Of a stretch of DNA of 64,000 bases, positions 18,444 through 26,982 are shown piece after piece (positions within the stretch are counted from its first letter, which is position 1; each line of letters opens with the position of its first letter). The stretch lies in contig JAJEDB010000115.1 of assembly GCA_022821725.1 (NCBI GenBank), positions 17,457 through 81,456 of the forward strand. The letters run 5' to 3'. Under the pieces are notes generated by a model. It did not search any database. It had not been told where the DNA came from and saw only the letters and a list, made by a program, of their open reading frames with translations. This DNA is from Candidatus Poribacteria bacterium. Lineage in GTDB: Bacteria > Poribacteria > WGA-4E > WGA-3G. The position numbers and the translations under genes are program-made.

Positions 18444-19451
18444 ATGAACAAATTTAACTTCATTGACCTCTTTGCTGGAATAGGCGGAATGCGCCTCCCT
18501 TATGAAAGGTTAGGCGGAACTTGTGTATTTAGTTCCGAATGGGATAGATATGCCCAACAAACCTACGAACATAACTTTGGTGAGTTGCCTGCTGGCGACA
18601 TTACCGAAATTAGCGAATCTGATATTCCTGACCACGATATTCTATTAGCCGGCTTTCCATGTCAACCTTTCAGCATTATCGGGGACAAGCAAGGTTTTGA
18701 GGATACACGCGGCACCCTGTTTTTCGACATCGCTCGGATTCTGAAACAGAAACAGCCGGACGCGTTTCTCCTTGAAAACGTAAAGCAATTGCTGACGCAC
18801 GACAACGGACAAACTTTCGCAGTTATAAAGGAACAACTGTCGCAATTGGGATATACGACTTATCATAAGGTGCTGAATGCTCTTGACTTCGGATTACCGC
18901 AGAAACGGGAACGAATTTTCATCGTTGGGTTTCTCGAACCAATAGCATTTGAATTTCCGAAACCCATCGGCGTGTCCAAATCCCTTGCTGAGATATTAGA
19001 ATCTGACGAAAATATTGAACCGAGTCTATTTGCCTCGACACGTATCCAAAAATCGCGACGTGACAAGTGCAAAATCACCCCTTTTTACCCTTCTATGTGG
19101 CACGAAAACAAAGGCGGCAACATTTCGGTGTTACCTTTCTCGTGTGCGCTGAGAGCTGGTGCCTCTTACAACTATCTCTTAGTAAACGGGGTCCGGCGAC
19201 CTTCTGGTAGGGAATTACTGCGCCTACAAGGTTTTCCTGAAGATTTCAACGTTATAGGAAACATGACGCAGATTAGAAAACAGACTGGAAATAGTGTCGC
19301 TCTTCCTGTCGTCCATGCCATTGCAGAGAAGATGTTACAAACATTAGAACAGCGCGAACCCATGATACAATCTGCGGACTCAGATTTTGATGATTTTTTT
19401 AATACGCGTGGGTATCATCGTCTCACGCCTATTAATATGTTCACGAATTGA
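18444..19451 (+). CDS. dcm: DNA (cytosine-5)-methyltransferase, M.HhaI-like
   Basis: Motif I FIDLFAGIGG, IV GFPCQPFS, VI ENV, VIII QKRERIFIVGF, X GNSVALPV. The N-terminal two thirds closely parallel M.HhaI as I remember it; the target-recognition domain differs. AT-richer than flanks. Confidence 0.9.
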   Translation: MNKFNFIDLFAGIGGMRLPYERLGGTCVFSSEWDRYAQQTYEHNFGELPAGDITEISESDIPDHDILLAGFPCQPFSIIGDKQGFEDTRGTLFFDIARILKQKQPDAFLLENVKQLLTHDNGQTFAVIKEQLSQLGYTTYHKVLNALDFGLPQKRERIFIVGFLEPIAFEFPKPIGVSKSLAEILESDENIEPSLFASTRIQKSRRDKCKITPFYPSMWHENKGGNISVLPFSCALRAGASYNYLLVNGVRRPSGRELLRLQGFPEDFNVIGNMTQIRKQTGNSVALPVVHAIAEKMLQTLEQREPMIQSADSDFDDFFNTRGYHRLTPINMFTN

Positions 19452-19454
19452 GGG

Positions 19455-19640
19455 TTGTCAATGTACCCAAGCCTAAAGACTTGGGCTTGTTAAGAGCGTC
19501 AACAGTGATAACTGCTCTGCGTTCTCTAAGCCCGCATCTCGTGCTTCGTTGGTGTTTCTCGCTTCAGTGAGGTTGGTAACCCAACGCTCTCCACGATGGG
19601 CGCAAGCCGCCCGCAAAAGTATGTTTAGCGCAGCGTTGTG
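19455..19640 (-). ncRNA. predicted omega/reRNA of TnpB (overlaps tnpB 3' end and right end)
   Basis: Inferred from the known TnpB architecture. The region shows several short hairpins (GGGCG/CGCCC, GTTGG/CCAAC, CAGT/ACTG, and the RE hairpin). Boundaries are not determinable by eye. Confidence 0.3.
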
Positions 19641-20765
19641 GTCGCGGTCTAAAACCGTGCCACAAAAACTACAATCAAAGGTCCGTATCGCTAAAGAGAG
19701 TTTCCTTGGCGACTTCTTACCACAAGCGGAGCAGGTTTGCGAAGTGTTCTTAGGATCAACTTGGTGGAAGTGCAAGCCGTCTCTTTCGGCTATACTCACA
19801 CACCACTCAAAGAACTTTGCCCAAGACGCATCGGATATGCTCTTGCTGAGGTGCTTATTCTGAACCATATTGGAGACTTTCAAGTTCTCCGCAACAAGGA
19901 CGTTGTTTTCTTGATGATGAAAAAGTTTGTAGACGAGTTTACCGATAAAATCTTTGCGTTTGTTAGCAGTTCGCTCATGGTGATAGGCAACGGCATGCAC
20001 GGCTTTATACCAACGTTTACTCCCTTTTTTACGGCGGGCCAGCGTCTGGTTATGTTTATGCAGGAGTCCTTCGCAAGTCCGATACCAGCGCGGGTTATCT
20101 TCCTTTTCGCCTTCGGAAGTCGTCAGGTAGTGTCGGGTTCCGACATCCACAGCGATCGCATCTGTCGGTTCGACCTTCCGGGTATCGGGAAGTTCACAGG
20201 TAATATGCGCATACCAGCCACTCGCTTTTTTCACGAGCGTGACTTCTTTGGGATCCCCTTCAAGCGGGCGATGCATCCGTATCTTGACTTCACCCAACTT
20301 CGGAACTTTCAAGCGGTTATGGCGAAAGGTTGTTTCTACAATCGGATTCTCGCGAACGCGTATGGTTTGTTTCTCAGCGTCTTTGGTCTTTCGACGAACC
20401 ACTTTGGGGTATTTGCGAAGGCTCCACGTCAATGAACGGACACGCTTTTTATAGCGAGGGTAACCCTTTTTCTTCGCGCCTTCTTTGCACCGTTTACGGA
20501 AGGCAGTAAACGCTTTATCATTTCTGCGGAGCGCGTGATTCTGAAAATCTTGTGGCACTTCACGGAAATCTTCATATTTCTCACGGGCGACTGTCAACTT
20601 GTCTTGCTGCTCGGAGAGCGTGACGAAACGATCTTCAACTTCTAACGCAACCTTGCGATCGTGGCGCGCAGAGTTCTGAAGTTCACACAGATGGTCAAGC
20701 CACGCTAACAATGTTTCTTCCTGTGTGCTTGTAGGATACACAGGATACTTAAAAGTTAATTTCAT
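19473..20765 (-). CDS. tnpB: TnpB RNA-guided endonuclease (OrfB_IS605 plus zinc ribbon)
   Basis: RuvC triad candidates present: D in AIAVDVG, E in VLVAENL, D in DRDHNAALN. Zinc ribbon CSACG...CSFCG. N-terminal KYPVYPT..Q typical of the family. Confidence 0.9.
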   Translation of the reverse strand: MKLTFKYPVYPTSTQEETLLAWLDHLCELQNSARHDRKVALEVEDRFVTLSEQQDKLTVAREKYEDFREVPQDFQNHALRRNDKAFTAFRKRCKEGAKKKGYPRYKKRVRSLTWSLRKYPKVVRRKTKDAEKQTIRVRENPIVETTFRHNRLKVPKLGEVKIRMHRPLEGDPKEVTLVKKASGWYAHITCELPDTRKVEPTDAIAVDVGTRHYLTTSEGEKEDNPRWYRTCEGLLHKHNQTLARRKKGSKRWYKAVHAVAYHHERTANKRKDFIGKLVYKLFHHQENNVLVAENLKVSNMVQNKHLSKSISDASWAKFFEWCVSIAERDGLHFHQVDPKNTSQTCSACGKKSPRKLSLAIRTFDCSFCGTVLDRDHNAALNILLRAACAHRGERWVTNLTEARNTNEARDAGLENAEQLSLLTLLTSPSL

Positions 20766-20770
20766 GGTAT

Positions 20771-20857
20771 ATCAGGTATCAGGTGTTTATCCCCGTTTCA
20801 GTGGGAGGCAGACACATTACCAAGCGGTAATGCTGAAACTGTCTGCCAACCTGATAC
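20771..20857. other. long nested inverted repeat upstream of tnpB
   Basis: GTATCAGGT...GGCAGACA CATTACC aagc GGTAATG CTGAAAC TGTCTGCC a ACCTGATAC. GTTTCAG at 20795-20801 can pair with the internal CTGAAAC instead. Confidence 0.5.
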
Positions 20858-20991
20858 TCATATTATATCACAACTTCGGACCAAGCGTCAACGGAAAAAT
20901 GAACGCTTTGGTCCTTTCCAAGAGGGCGGTTTTTCCTCCCAAACCTAAAGGATTGGGATTCCAAAACCGACTATTCCCTTGAGACGGGTTT

Positions 20992-21897
20992 ATGGGACAC
21001 ATACAACAACTTCGTCGAATTACAATATGGGGTGTCGGTTTAATCGGGGGATCGCTTGGACTCGCTCTGAAAAAAAATGGATTTCAAGGCCAACGCGTCG
21101 GGTTAGGGCGGAACATCGGGAGACTCGAAAAGGCACTTCAACACGATGCCGTTGATGTCGTTACAACAGAAGTCGCAGAAGGACTCCACGAAAGCGACCT
21201 TGTCGTCCTATGCACCCCTGTTGAACTCGTGCCAGTGTTGGTCCAACGTATTGTCGAAAGTGTGGATAGCCACCGATCTATGGTGTTGACGGATGTCGGT
21301 AGCACGAAATCGGTATTGGTGCGAACGATTGAGGCGCAGCTACAAAAACAGGGTTCGGATACCTTCGCTTTTGTCGGCGCGCATCCGATGGCAGGCTCAC
21401 ACGAAACCGGCGTAGACGCAGCACGCCCAACGCTTTTTGAAAGCGCGACGTGTATTTTGACCCCTACAGAAAGCACGGATCAAGATGCCCTACAACGGGT
21501 TAAAAATCTGTGGGAATTTGTCGGCGCAGTGCCACATCTCCTCTCTCCAGAAACCCACGATCTGCTCATCGGTGCCGCAAGCCATCTCCCGCATCTCATT
21601 GCGAGTCTACTCACCAATACCGTTGCGAATGTGGAAACCGAAGGGCAGAAAGCATTGGACTTTACAGCGACCGGCTTTCGGGACTCCACACGTATTGCAG
21701 CGGGTTCACCCGACTTGTGGACCGGTATTTTCTCTCAAAACAGAGATGTCCTTTTATCCCTCATAGATGACATGGTTAACAACTTAACTGAATTCAAAAC
21801 TCTGCTTCAGACGGATGACCTTCCTGAGATGGAACGTATACTTCTGGAGGCGCAAGTTGTCGTCGCGAAGCGCAGAAAAGCCTTAGGAGGCGTATGA
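20992..21897 (+). CDS. tyrA: prephenate/arogenate dehydrogenase
   Basis: Rossmann motif ITIWGVGLIGGSLG and catalytic block GAHPMAGSHETG. Confidence 0.85.
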   Translation: MGHIQQLRRITIWGVGLIGGSLGLALKKNGFQGQRVGLGRNIGRLEKALQHDAVDVVTTEVAEGLHESDLVVLCTPVELVPVLVQRIVESVDSHRSMVLTDVGSTKSVLVRTIEAQLQKQGSDTFAFVGAHPMAGSHETGVDAARPTLFESATCILTPTESTDQDALQRVKNLWEFVGAVPHLLSPETHDLLIGAASHLPHLIASLLTNTVANVETEGQKALDFTATGFRDSTRIAAGSPDLWTGIFSQNRDVLLSLIDDMVNNLTEFKTLLQTDDLPEMERILLEAQVVVAKRRKALGGV

Positions 21898-22568
21898 AAA
21901 AAACAGGATCTCAGGTGACGATTGCGATAGATGGACCCGCCGGGTCTGGGAAAAGCACAGTGGCTCGGCGCGTCGCAGAGAAACTCGGACTGCTGTATCT
22001 CGATTCCGGGGCGATGTACCGAGCGGTGACCCTGTTGGCATTACAGGAAGGACTCGCAGCGGATAGCCCGAAACTGATTGACCGTGTGGAAACGTGTCAT
22101 ATCGAATTCACGGATAACGGTAGCACAATTCTGCTGAATACGGAGGATGTTTCTGCCCAGATCCGGACACCCGCCGTCAACAGATTGGTCGCAGATGTCG
22201 CGAAGATCCCAGAGATTCGCCGTGAAATTGTGAAACACCAACAGCGAATCGGTGCTGAAGGGAGCATTATCGCTGAGGGGAGAGATTTAACGACGATCGT
22301 TTTCCCGAACGCCGATTTTAAGTTCTATCTCGATGCTTCTGTGACGGAGCGCGCAAAACGTAGGCTCGCCGAACTCCACGCGCAAAACGAAGATGCGACG
22401 TTAGCAGCGGTTGAAGCTGAGATTCGTGAGCGCGATGAAAAAGATACAACGCGAGAACACAGTCCTTTGCGGACGGCTCCTGACGCAATTGTCGTGGATA
22501 CGACTGATAAAACGATTGAAGAAGTGGTTGATCTTCTTATGACCCGTGTGTGTGCAAACGAAGGGTAA
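21894..22568 (+). CDS. cmk: cytidylate kinase
   Basis: IAIDGPAGSGKSTVAR, LDSGAMYRA. 4-nt overlap with tyrA. Confidence 0.95.
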   Translation: MKKTGSQVTIAIDGPAGSGKSTVARRVAEKLGLLYLDSGAMYRAVTLLALQEGLAADSPKLIDRVETCHIEFTDNGSTILLNTEDVSAQIRTPAVNRLVADVAKIPEIRREIVKHQQRIGAEGSIIAEGRDLTTIVFPNADFKFYLDASVTERAKRRLAELHAQNEDATLAAVEAEIRERDEKDTTREHSPLRTAPDAIVVDTTDKTIEEVVDLLMTRVCANEG

Positions 22569-22570
22569 GC

Positions 22571-22600
22571 GTAGGCGGGGTTTGGAACCCCGATATTTTT
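22571..22600 (+). terminator. GTAG-headed hairpin plus T-run (REP-like terminator)
   Basis: gtagGCGGGGTTtggAACCCCGatattttttat between the cmk stop and the plsC start. Confidence 0.5.
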
Positions 22601-22601
22601 T

Positions 22602-23273
22602 ATGTGGTATACCAATAATCAGTTCTGGACCTCTCGGGCAGTCTATCGGTGGGGACATCGAGTTACAAACCTTTTCTGTAAAACGATGGGCCGCCTTGAA
22701 ACGCGAGGCGTTCATCATATTCCGAGGGAAGGTGGGGTGCTCCTTGTCTCGAATCACGTGAGTTTTCTGGATCCCGTGATCGTGGGGTCCGCCGCCAGTC
22801 GTGAGATCCATTATATGGCGCGGAGTAATGCCTTTGAAATTCCTGGGTTAGGGAGGCTCATCTCAACCTATAATGCTTATCCTGTCAATAGAGGGGCCCC
22901 TGACTTAGGGGCGTTACGAAATACAATCTCTCTCCTGAAAGGAGGGAACGCCGTGCTTATATTTCCCGAAGGCACTCGGAGTGTCGATGGCACGTTGGGT
23001 AAAGCGCGGGACGGTGCCTGTTTTATTGCACACCGAGCAGGTGTCCCAACGATCCCTGTTTTCCATAGCGGCGCGGAACGGATGTTGCCCCGCAACAGTA
23101 AGCGACTGCGTCGGTCGAAACTCACTGTCGTTTTCGGGGCCCCTCTTGAACTGACTGCCGAAGGATTTGAGACGAAGCGCGAGATGTATCAACAGATGGG
23201 TAATCAGATGATGGAGGCAATCGCTGATTTGCGGGATAGTGTGTTAGTGGGTCGGGTTCGCCAGAATGAGTAA
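22602..23273 (+). CDS. plsC: 1-acyl-sn-glycerol-3-phosphate acyltransferase
   Basis: H-x4-D motif SNHVSFLDP and FPEGTRS. Confidence 0.85.
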   Translation: MWYTNNQFWTSRAVYRWGHRVTNLFCKTMGRLETRGVHHIPREGGVLLVSNHVSFLDPVIVGSAASREIHYMARSNAFEIPGLGRLISTYNAYPVNRGAPDLGALRNTISLLKGGNAVLIFPEGTRSVDGTLGKARDGACFIAHRAGVPTIPVFHSGAERMLPRNSKRLRRSKLTVVFGAPLELTAEGFETKREMYQQMGNQMMEAIADLRDSVLVGRVRQNE

Positions 23274-24338
23274 AACATCACCCTCTTGGACCTGATAGGT
23301 CTTGCCCTCTGCGCGCAGCAACCCTTTACTTCGTGCCTCTGGGTAACTGCCGCACGCGACTAAGTCAGCCCAGTTAATTGTTTCAGAACGGATGAAACCT
23401 GTTGCGAAATCCGTGTGAACACGTCCCGCTGCATCTACAGCCGTCTGTCCTTCACGCAGCGTCCATGCGCGTGTCTCGACAGGACCGGTTGTAAAGAACG
23501 TGAGCAGCCCCAATAATTGATACGAAGTCTGGATGAACCGCTCTAAAGCCGATTCATGCAATCCCAGCTCCTCCATGAAAATTTCGGTATCCGTTTCATC
23601 GAGTTGCGACAACTCCATTTCCAGTTGCGCAGCGAGGACAATGACGTCCGTTTGGGGTGCCGTTTTATATTTCCTAAAGCGTTGGAAAATTTCATCAGCC
23701 GCCTGTAGTTGGGTTTCACCGATGTTGCACACTAACAACAACGGTTTCTGGGTCAAAAACCCGTAACCCCGTATCAACTTCTCTTCATTCGCAGAGAGGT
23801 CGAGGGTTCGGAGCGGTTTTCCAGCCTCAAGGGTTTTCTGGCACATCTCTAAGAGTCGAATTTCGCTCTGCTGTTCGGGGAGTTTCTGATTTTGAAATTG
23901 CTTACGGAGCCGAGTCAGTCTCCCTTCAACGATCTGCAAATCTGCCAACGCGAACTCAAGGGCGACGCTTTCAATATCCCGTTCTGCGTCAACACTTCCA
24001 TCAACGTGTGGAACCCTTTCGTCTTCAAAGAGCCTGACGACATGGGCAAGGGCATCCACCGTCCGGAGTTCTGCGAGCATTCCAGAATCTAATTCTGCGT
24101 GTTCCATCTCCGATTTCGTTACGCCTGCAACGTCTACGTAGTCAATTGTGGCAGGTGTTGTTTTTCCAGATTCGGATATCTTTGCTATCTGTTCCAAGCG
24201 TTCATCTGGGACGTTGGCAGTGCTCAGATTTATTTGCCCGCGGCTGGTGTAGCCCCCAATTTCTGCGGTGGACTGCGCTAATGTGTTAAACACTGTCGTT
24301 TTGCCGACTTGGGGTCTGCCGACGATACCTATCTTCAT
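23244..24338 (-). CDS. ychF: ribosome-binding ATPase YchF
   Basis: GIVGRPQVGKTTVFNTL P-loop, 364 aa, C-terminal TGFIRSETI block. Its 3' end overlaps the plsC 3' end by 30 nt. Confidence 0.9.
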   Translation of the reverse strand: MKIGIVGRPQVGKTTVFNTLAQSTAEIGGYTSRGQINLSTANVPDERLEQIAKISESGKTTPATIDYVDVAGVTKSEMEHAELDSGMLAELRTVDALAHVVRLFEDERVPHVDGSVDAERDIESVALEFALADLQIVEGRLTRLRKQFQNQKLPEQQSEIRLLEMCQKTLEAGKPLRTLDLSANEEKLIRGYGFLTQKPLLLVCNIGETQLQAADEIFQRFRKYKTAPQTDVIVLAAQLEMELSQLDETDTEIFMEELGLHESALERFIQTSYQLLGLLTFFTTGPVETRAWTLREGQTAVDAAGRVHTDFATGFIRSETINWADLVACGSYPEARSKGLLRAEGKTYQVQEGDVLLILANPTH

Positions 24339-24400
24339 TTTTTTTACCTATCTATTTCGAGGGTAAGGTGCTAACCGCCTCCGTATTACGGAAAAATCTG

Positions 24401-24429
24401 TTGACAATATACGTCTTAAATATTAAGAT
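24401..24429 (+). promoter_or_regulatory. sigma70-type promoter, TTGACA-17-TAAGAT
   Basis: TTGACA 24401-24406, 17-nt spacer, TAAGAT 24424-24429, about 27 nt before ATG 24456. Confidence 0.55.
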
Positions 24430-24455
24430 AAGGGTTAAAAAGGAATAATTAAAAA

Positions 24456-24845
24456 ATGGCAGCTGAAAAAGGAACGTGGAGACGACACAGGGTCAAGGTA
24501 TTGACGGTTCTCTTACTCCTCACGGTATGCCTTGCCGTTTTGCAATGGTTTATCATCAAAGAGTTATTTGGTTTCGGCGCAGATATGGTGAAGGATGCGC
24601 TGATTCGGCAAGCCCCTGAAGGGGTAGATCGGTATGACGTTGAGGCGACGTTTAATCGGGTGAAAACAGCCGGGCAGCAGCTCCCGTTTAGTTTCCTTAC
24701 CGGGAAAATCAGTCTCCGTAAAATCAGAGCCGTTGGTAGATATGCAATAGAAGCGAACGCTGATGAATCTTGGGATGCCGATGAGATTAACACACTCCTA
24801 CGGATGATGGATGCCTCTGTCGGGGTTAAAGGAGGAACCCAGTAA
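24456..24845 (+). CDS. small membrane-anchored hypothetical protein
   Basis: 129 aa with one TM (VLTVLLLLTVCLAVLQWFII). Promoter and A-rich start context upstream. Confidence 0.5.
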   Translation: MAAEKGTWRRHRVKVLTVLLLLTVCLAVLQWFIIKELFGFGADMVKDALIRQAPEGVDRYDVEATFNRVKTAGQQLPFSFLTGKISLRKIRAVGRYAIEANADESWDADEINTLLRMMDASVGVKGGTQ

Positions 24846-24879
24846 CTTGCAGTATCGGTTTGCAAGCGACACTTAAACG

Positions 24880-25638
24880 ATGCGTACACACCTAACTCCC
24901 CCTTATGAGAAATTCGCCTACGCCTACGACAGGATGATGGCAAACGTCAACTACACGCGTTGGACACATTACATTCAGTCGCTTTTCGACAAATACGATT
25001 ACAAACCGCGCACAGTTCTTGATGTGGCGTGTGGCACGTGTGCTTTGACGATAGAACTCGCATTGAGAGGCTATGAGATGACGGGCGTGGACCGAGCAGT
25101 GGGTATGCTGGACATCGCGAAGGAAAAAGCCGCAGCGCACGATGTGAATATCGAACTCCATTCCGGTGACATGCGCGAATTCCAACTCAACCAACGGTTT
25201 GACGCAATCCTCTGCACCTACGATAGCATTAACTATGCTTACGATGAAACCGAATTAAGCAACGTCTTTGAATGTGTCGCCGAGCATCTCGAACCCGACG
25301 GCTTGTTTATCTTTGACGTGACGACGGAACGGAACATCGTTGAGCATTTTCACAACAGAACGTTCGCGTCAAACCATGAGGATTATACCTATATTTGGAA
25401 GAACAATTACCTCCACCACTCCAAAATGTGCCGAACCGTCCTCACCTTTTTCATCCGTGAAGACGAGTTGTTTCGCCGTTATGAAGAGGTTCACCAGCAG
25501 CGAATCTTTGAAGTCAGCACTGTCAATGATTTGCTCAAAGCCGCTGGCTACAAGCCCCTGAGTGCTTACGACATGTACACCTTCAACCGTTGGAACCGCT
25601 ATTCAGACCGAATTAATTTTACAGCACGCTTGCTCTGA
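24880..25638 (+). CDS. class I SAM-dependent methyltransferase
   Basis: Motif I VLDVACGTCALT, acidic loop GVD, post-I DAILCTYDSINY. Confidence 0.8.
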   Translation: MRTHLTPPYEKFAYAYDRMMANVNYTRWTHYIQSLFDKYDYKPRTVLDVACGTCALTIELALRGYEMTGVDRAVGMLDIAKEKAAAHDVNIELHSGDMREFQLNQRFDAILCTYDSINYAYDETELSNVFECVAEHLEPDGLFIFDVTTERNIVEHFHNRTFASNHEDYTYIWKNNYLHHSKMCRTVLTFFIREDELFRRYEEVHQQRIFEVSTVNDLLKAAGYKPLSAYDMYTFNRWNRYSDRINFTARLL

Positions 25639-25674
25639 AAATTGGAGGATAATTTGATATTTTCCCCGGGCCCG

Positions 25675-25698
25675 GTAGGTGCGGTTTCTAACCGCACC
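25675..25698 (+). repeat. GTAG-headed hairpin (REP-like) between convergent genes
   Basis: gtaGGTGCGGTTtctAACCGCACC, identical to the core of the MITE copy at 35111-35134. Confidence 0.65.
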
Positions 25699-25745
25699 GG
25701 ATTCGTTAGGAAATTACCGAATTAAACTCCCTTATCTATGAACGA

Positions 25746-26798
25746 TTACAACCCCTCAGCGACAAGATCGCCGACCTCTTCAGTCGTGTAGCCCATCCGT
25801 CCAGCACCGAGATCCTTGATTTTCCCACTTGCCAGCAGATCACTAATAGAGTTCTCCACTTTTGCCGCCTCGGTTGTATGTCCAAGATGGTCGAGCATCA
25901 TTCCGGCGGCACCTATCGCCGCGATGGGGTTAATCTGGTTCTTGCCGGTATAACGCGGCGCGGAGCCGTGAATCGGTTCAAACATGGCGACGCTTTCCGG
26001 GTTCAAGTTACCGGATGCCGCGACACCCATGCCCCCCTGAATCATCGCGCCGAGATCGGTGATGATGTCTCCAAACATGTTGCACGTCACAACGACATCG
26101 AACCATTCTGGGTTTTTCACCATCCACATTGTTGTCGCATCGACAAAGGCGTATTCCTTCTTGATGTCGGGATAATCTTCGCCTACCTCGTCAAACACCC
26201 GTCGCCACAGATCGTGTGCGTAAGTGAGGACGTTTGCTTTGTCGCAGAGCGTCAACGTATTTTCCTTGTTACGCTTTTTGGTGAGTTCAAACGCATAGCG
26301 CACGCAACGTTCCACACCTTTGTAGGTGTTAATCATCTCCTGAATCGCCACTTCATCACGCGTGCCACGTTTCAGGAAACCCCCGATACCGGCGTATAAG
26401 CCTTCGGTATTCTCGCGAACAATGATGAAATCGATTTCTTCAGGTCCCTTATCTTTCACGGGGGTCGGGACACCCGGGTAGAGTTTGACAGGACGGAGGT
26501 TGATGTAGAGATCGAGTTCAAACCGGACCTTGAGCAGGATACCTTTCTCTAAAATACCGGGCTTGACATCGGGGTGTCCAATCGCGCCGAGATAGATAGC
26601 GTCTAATCCCCGGAGTTCCTCTAAAACTGAATCCGGCAACACTTCACCGGTTGCAAGATACCGGTCGCCGCCGACATCGTATTCGACTGTCTCGTATTGA
26701 ATTCCTGCGTGTTCGGCTGCTGCCCCGAAGACTTTCATTGCTTCGCGCGTCACTTCGGGGCCGATTCCATCGCCAGGGATGAGACCGATTTTATACAT
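25746..26798 (-). CDS. isocitrate/isopropylmalate dehydrogenase family enzyme (3-isopropylmalate or tartrate/D-malate dehydrogenase-like)
   Basis: [35 protein letters not shown]. Substrate cannot be assigned from sequence alone. Confidence 0.8.
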   Translation of the reverse strand: MYKIGLIPGDGIGPEVTREAMKVFGAAAEHAGIQYETVEYDVGGDRYLATGEVLPDSVLEELRGLDAIYLGAIGHPDVKPGILEKGILLKVRFELDLYINLRPVKLYPGVPTPVKDKGPEEIDFIIVRENTEGLYAGIGGFLKRGTRDEVAIQEMINTYKGVERCVRYAFELTKKRNKENTLTLCDKANVLTYAHDLWRRVFDEVGEDYPDIKKEYAFVDATTMWMVKNPEWFDVVVTCNMFGDIITDLGAMIQGGMGVAASGNLNPESVAMFEPIHGSAPRYTGKNQINPIAAIGAAGMMLDHLGHTTEAAKVENSISDLLASGKIKDLGAGRMGYTTEEVGDLVAEGL

Positions 26799-26840
26799 AG
26801 ATATTCTCCAAATGTGAGTGTGATGAATTTTGAATTCCTT

Positions 26841-26932
26841 AGGACTTACGCAATTCCCTGGGTAGGGTCTTTCACCAAACCATATCTACGGCGTGGTAAA
26901 TGTCGGTAATTCTGTGATTTTGGATAAGTCCT
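26841..26932 (+). mobile_element. MITE-like element, copy 2 (right TIR with two mismatches)
   Basis: AGGACTTACGCA 26841-26852 and TGGATAAGTCCT 26921-26932. 92 bp, intergenic. Confidence 0.55.
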
Positions 26933-26982
26933 GCTCCTTATATTCTACCACATCTGAGAAGATATTGCAAATTGGGTAGGGT

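Larger units (their letters stand above)
19460..20965 (-). mobile_element. IS200/IS605-family element carrying tnpB only (no tnpA)
   Basis: Bounded by two same-orientation hairpins, CCCAAGCCtaaaGACTTGGG (19466-19485) and CCCAAACCtaaaGGATTGGG (20938-20957). Fills the gap between dcm and tyrA. Ends are approximate. Confidence 0.7.

Noticed and set aside
19737-20435. 232-aa plus-strand ORF
   Set aside because: It lies entirely antisense to tnpB, which has full-length family motifs. This is a typical shadow ORF.
24449-24943. 164-aa minus-strand ORF spanning the 24456 and 24880 genes
   Set aside because: It is antisense to two plus-strand genes that have a promoter, good start contexts and a recognisable methyltransferase motif. 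Its own translation is low-complexity (Ser/Arg/Cys rich) with no motif.
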